This document shows, in pieces, positions 59,991 through 64,000 of a stretch of 64,000 nucleotides of DNA. Below the pieces are notes generated by a model. That model did not search any database, was not told the DNA's origin, and saw only the letters and a program-made list of their open reading frames with translations. Source of the stretch: Squalus acanthias. Lineage: Eukaryota. Within the stretch, counting starts at the first letter, position 1; each line of letters begins with the position of its first letter. A program made the position numbers and the translations under genes. The stretch covers positions 167,526,001-167,590,000 of the forward strand of contig CM059425.1 of the NCBI GenBank assembly GCA_030390025.1, read 5' to 3'.

Positions 59991-61654
59991 CCTTGGCAGC
60001 AAAATGGACTCACAGGTCTCTCCAGGCCGAGATTCAAGGCTGCAATGAGCAGGGTGTGGCTGGGGAGCAAGTTGGCCCCCCCCCCCGCTTTAAGAACTGG
60101 CCGGCGCCAGTGTGTCTGTGTTCCCTCGCTAACTGGCAGCACCTGCGCTGCACTCGCGCGCTGAGTTAGCGCCTCACTGCTCGGCCTTTGCGCCTTAAGA
60201 CAGGTGTGCAGCGCCTGATTTAGCGCTCCACTCACCTCCCGGGGCGGTAAAAGTGAAGTTTCCAGTCAGTGGCGATAATTAGCGCCAGGCGCTAATATTT
60301 GCGTCCAGACGATATTTGCGCCCCAAATGGGGCGCGACCTAATTTTTCCCCCTATGTTTCTATGTTTAGTGTGTCGGTCGACCTCGTGGAGCCGTCGGTG
60401 ACTTGTTGCTGCTTGTTGCTCTGGGTGACTGTGTTGGGGCCGTTGTTGGAGGTCCGTCGAGGTGGTATCTTCGCGAGCTGGACTCAGGTGTGTCTGAGTG
60501 GTGAGCGATGCCGACTCGCTTCCAGCTCGGGCCTTCTTCTTCTTGGTCTCTTCTTCTGATGACCACCGGTTGCGACTGACTGGTCGACCCAACGACTTTT
60601 GAACTGTGTTGTGTGCTTGGTGGGCCTTCAATTATACAAAATTGAAGTGGCCTTATCTACCCGCCAAATCTACTCAGTTCATTGTCTGGTTTTTGGCGGG
60701 CTCGTAAATCGGTAACGACTTACTAGCACGTTAACTTGGTTTTTAACAGGCCTTCAATCTCACCCATTGAACATGGCCTTATCTACCCGCCAAATCTGCT
60801 CAGTTTATTGTCTGAATTTTGGCGGGCCTGTTACCAGTAACTGCTCTGTAGGTGTCAAATGGGTTTTGGGATGGTTTGCATCCTGTCGATCTCCTTGGCT
60901 GATCACTGGCGATTGGTTTCATGTTTTGGGTTTCTAGGCTGGACTCAGTCTTTTCTATAGCCTGGTCCTGAGCGATTTGTATTATGCATGTTTTCTGATG
61001 GGCCCTGTAATCGGTTTGATGGGGCCTGTTGTTTTGGGTGAGACTGTCTTCTCCTAGGGTCTATTGTCAAAATGTTAATGCTTGCTGGGGCTTGAGTAGG
61101 GTCATCTCGGTTCCCCAGACATTGCAATTAACTGCAATAACCAAAACTGCTTTTGCAGAGGTTGAACCCACCTTCTTTCGCAGCCTTTTCTCCCTTTACA
61201 GGCCCAGACATAGTTTCAAAATGCCAAAACTTGGTTTTTGGTCTTACAGTCTCTTAGGTTAGGCTCAAATGCAATATTATCACTCTGAGGTAGTTCCAAA
61301 GTTCTTTTTCCTTAGGTTTTGGGGATCTGCAAATTTTGGAAACCTTACACACGTCTAATCTTAGTGACAAAACTAGCCAAACATGGACGCTCCACAATGA
61401 TCTGCCACAGGGGTCAGTGCTCACACCAGCCTTTTTCAACATCAATACAGTGGACATGCCCTGCATCAAATCCCACAAGTTCGCATATGCTTCAAAGCTA
61501 GAAAACTGCTGAAACAGCCAGTATCTGGAAAATGCCCAACCAGCCCAGACTCTCAAGGTCATATTGGCTGATAGAACTAGGAGTCAGAAAGATTTGTTGT
61601 TTGTTCTTTGTGTAGTTCTGACATTCTGATAGATAAATCTATCTGTCTTAGTTT

Positions 61655-62760
61655 TTTTTTATTTGCTTATGGGATCTGGGCGTCGCTGGCAAAGCCAGCA
61701 TTTATTGCCCATCCCTAGTTGCCCTTGAGAAGGTGGTGGTGAGCCGCCTTCTTGAACCGCTGCAGTCGGTGAGGTGAAGGTACTCACACAGTGCTGTTAG
61801 GGAGGGAGTTCCAGGATTTTGACCCAGCGACAATAAAGGATCGGCGATATACTTCTAAGTCAGGATGGTGTGTGACTTGGAGGGGAACTTGGAGGTGGTG
61901 GTGTTCCCATGCACCTGCTGCCCTTGTCCTTCTAGGTGGAAGAGGTCGCGGGTTTGGGAGGTGCTGCCGAAGAAGCCTTGGTGAGTTGCTGCAGTGCATC
62001 TTGTAGATGGTACACACTGCAGCCACGGTATGCTGGTGGTGGAGGGAGTGAATGTTTAAGGTGGTGGATGGGGTGCCAATCAAATGGGATGCTTTGTCCT
62101 GGATGGTGTCGAGCTTCTTGAGTGTTGTTGCAGCTGCACTCATCCAGGCAAGTGGAGAGTATTCCATCACACTCCTGACTTGTGCCTTGTAGATGGTGGA
62201 AAGGCTTTGGGGAGTCAGGAGGTGAGACACTTGCCACAGAATACCCAGCCTCTGACCTGCTCTTGTTGCCACAGTATTTATGTGGCTGCTCTGTTAAATT
62301 TCTGGTCAATGGTGACCCCCAGGATGCTGATGGTGGGAGATTCAGCGATGGTAATGCCATTGAATGTCAAGGGGAGGTGGTTAGACTCTCGCTTGTTGGA
62401 GATAGTCATTGCCTGGCACTTCTGTGGCGCGAATGTTACCTGCCACTTATCAGCCCAAGCCTGAACGTTGTCCAGGTCTTGTTGCATGCGGGCATGGACT
62501 GCTTCATTATCTGAGGAGTTGTAAATGGTGCTGAACACTGTGCAGTCATCAGCGAACATCCCCATTTCTGACCTTATGTTGGAGGGAAGGTCATTGATGA
62601 AGCAGCTGAAGATGGTTGGGCCTAGGACACTGCCCTGAGGAACTCCTGCAGCGATGTCCTGGGGCTCTGATGATTGACCTTCACAACCATCTTCCTATGT
62701 GCTAGGTATGACTCCAGCCAGTGGAGAGTTTTTCCCCTGATTCCCATTGACTTCAGTTGC
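61655..62760 (-). mobile_element. CR1/L2-group LINE 3' fragment (different family from the HER1-type CR1s)
   Basis: [36 protein letters not shown] and SKSWNSLP peptides; A-rich tail. Confidence 0.85.
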
Positions 62761-62836
62761 TTTTACTCCTTCTCCTAGATGTAGTTAGACAGGCAGCTTA
62801 TGAGTGAGGGCCTTGGAACTCTACCATAGAGACAAT

Positions 62837-64000
62837 GGACTAGGAATTCGGTTGCGTAAGTGCCTGATTTTTCAGTGCTACAGGTGCCGTTTTGTGACGA
62901 AAAAGGCGTCCGCCTTGTGCCGCACAATTCTGGTGCATGCCGCGCCGGACGCTATCTTGGTGAGGGTGGTAGGGCGGCCGTTAGGAGCGTGCGCCGAAAA
63001 TATGTTGAGTAGGCAGTTGTGACGTTAATCAGCATGCACCGCTTATTTGATGCCAGCGCTGCCATTTTTGTTATCAACGCTGCAGCTAACGCCCAGTCTT
63101 AACCTCACACAGCTGAACATGTATTCAGCAGCAGCAAGGAACCCCCACCAGCGATATTTAAAGGGATCAGCAACCACGCTAAGGTTAGTTGCTGATTGTT
63201 CTACTGGCTCTGTGTAAGTTTGTGGAATTGTTTGGAGCTTCCAGAGTTGTTTAAAGTTGGTGAGGTGACAGGAAGTGGTGCTGCAAGTGGAGAAGGCCTT
63301 GGTTCTGACTTCAAGGGTTCTGGTCAGCCCACTTGCTCCTGGTTGCTCTAGTTGTCATCTCCCTCGGCCTGCAGCATGACAGGGAGATGAAGCAGAGGCA
63401 GCAAAGAAGAGGACAAGCTGCTCGCAGAGGGAAGAGGAGGAGGAGGGGAAGAAGGGCTCTCAGCAGGAGGTCTTACCCACCTAGGCTCTTCCGAGAGCAA
63501 TTCTTTTATCTCAGTCTGAGCCAGGAGCAGTGTGCGAGGCATCTGCGATTTACGAAGGGGGTGCTCCCAGAACATTGCCACCTCTTGCAACCAGACCTGC
63601 AGCCTCACACCAGGGCAAGGACAGCGCTGCCAGTGGCTGTGAAGATGGCCATGGCCCTGAATTTCCTCCAGTCAGGATCCTTCCAGGCTAGAGCAGGCAA
63701 CATCTGTAACATCTCACAGATCGCCATCCACTGCTGCATAAGCAAGGTGACAGATGCTCTTTATGCCAAGAGAGGGGACTTCATTGTCTTCTCTCTGGCA
63801 GCAGTCATGATGCTTTTATTCTGCGCCAGTCGCTGTTCCCTCAGTCTTTGAGCCACCACGACAAACCAGAGGGTGGCTACTGGGTAACAAGGGCTATCTG
63901 CTGACCACCTGGTTCATGACTCCACTGCGCAACCCACACACATGTGGGCAACATGCATATAACGAAAGCCATGCTGTTACATGGAATCTGGTAGAGCAGA
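62837..64000 (+). mobile_element. Degraded Harbinger element (left end plus frameshifted transposase) running off the window
   Basis: Left end GGACTAGGAATT. LLQPDLQPHTRARTALPVAVK and WLLGNKGY peptides are homologous to 56704-57855. Confidence 0.8.

Larger units (their letters stand above)
56201..60352 (+). mobile_element. Apparently intact autonomous PIF/Harbinger transposon (4152 bp)
   Basis: TIRs GGGGGGAAAATT / AATTTTTCCCCC, TSD TAT, and convergent transposase and Myb/SANT genes. Confidence 0.95.
55075..61349 (-). mobile_element. Solo LTR related to 27492-28775, expanded by a SINE and a Harbinger insertion
   Basis: TGTAG...TTACA termini and TSD CACG. Confidence 0.88.
53790..61500. mobile_element. 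Vingi/Ingi-like LINE fragment with a 5' inversion (53790-54715 minus; 54720-55074 and 61354-61500 plus)
   Basis: PGKPANDPKSYRPIALLS...EQAG on the plus strand; ALVYSAAEYC...LKSTPTE peptide on the minus strand. Confidence 0.7.

Noticed and set aside
56635..60002. Domesticated host genes HARBI1, NAIF1 or MSANTD
   Set aside because: The genes are bounded by TIRs and a TSD inside a SINE tail and have multiple relatives in the window, so this is a transposon.

Overview
Eukaryotic DNA, most likely from a cartilaginous fish (inferred from V-SINE/HE1-like and Deu-domain/SacSINE1-like SINEs and HER1/CR1-type LINEs). No host protein-coding gene could be identified; the window is a dense nest of transposable elements. 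Contents: (i) Penelope-like elements (PLEs) of two families with minimal hammerhead ribozymes, including a head-to-head inverted PLE at the window start and a 207-bp near-perfect hairpin carrying two mirror-image hammerheads; (ii) about a dozen PIF/Harbinger elements, including one apparently intact two-gene copy (56201-60352), Myb/SANT-only derivatives and MITEs, all in a shared palindromic 15-bp target; (iii) many CR1 LINE pieces, two of which show an in-phase U_UUA_AAC heptamer at the ORF1/ORF2 junction; (iv) a CsRN1-type Gypsy element nested in a pol-less, tRNA-Lys-primed retrovirus-like element with gag-like and env-like remnants; (v) solo LTRs, SINEs and a twin-primed Vingi/Ingi-like LINE. 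All calls were made by eye, and family names need database confirmation.
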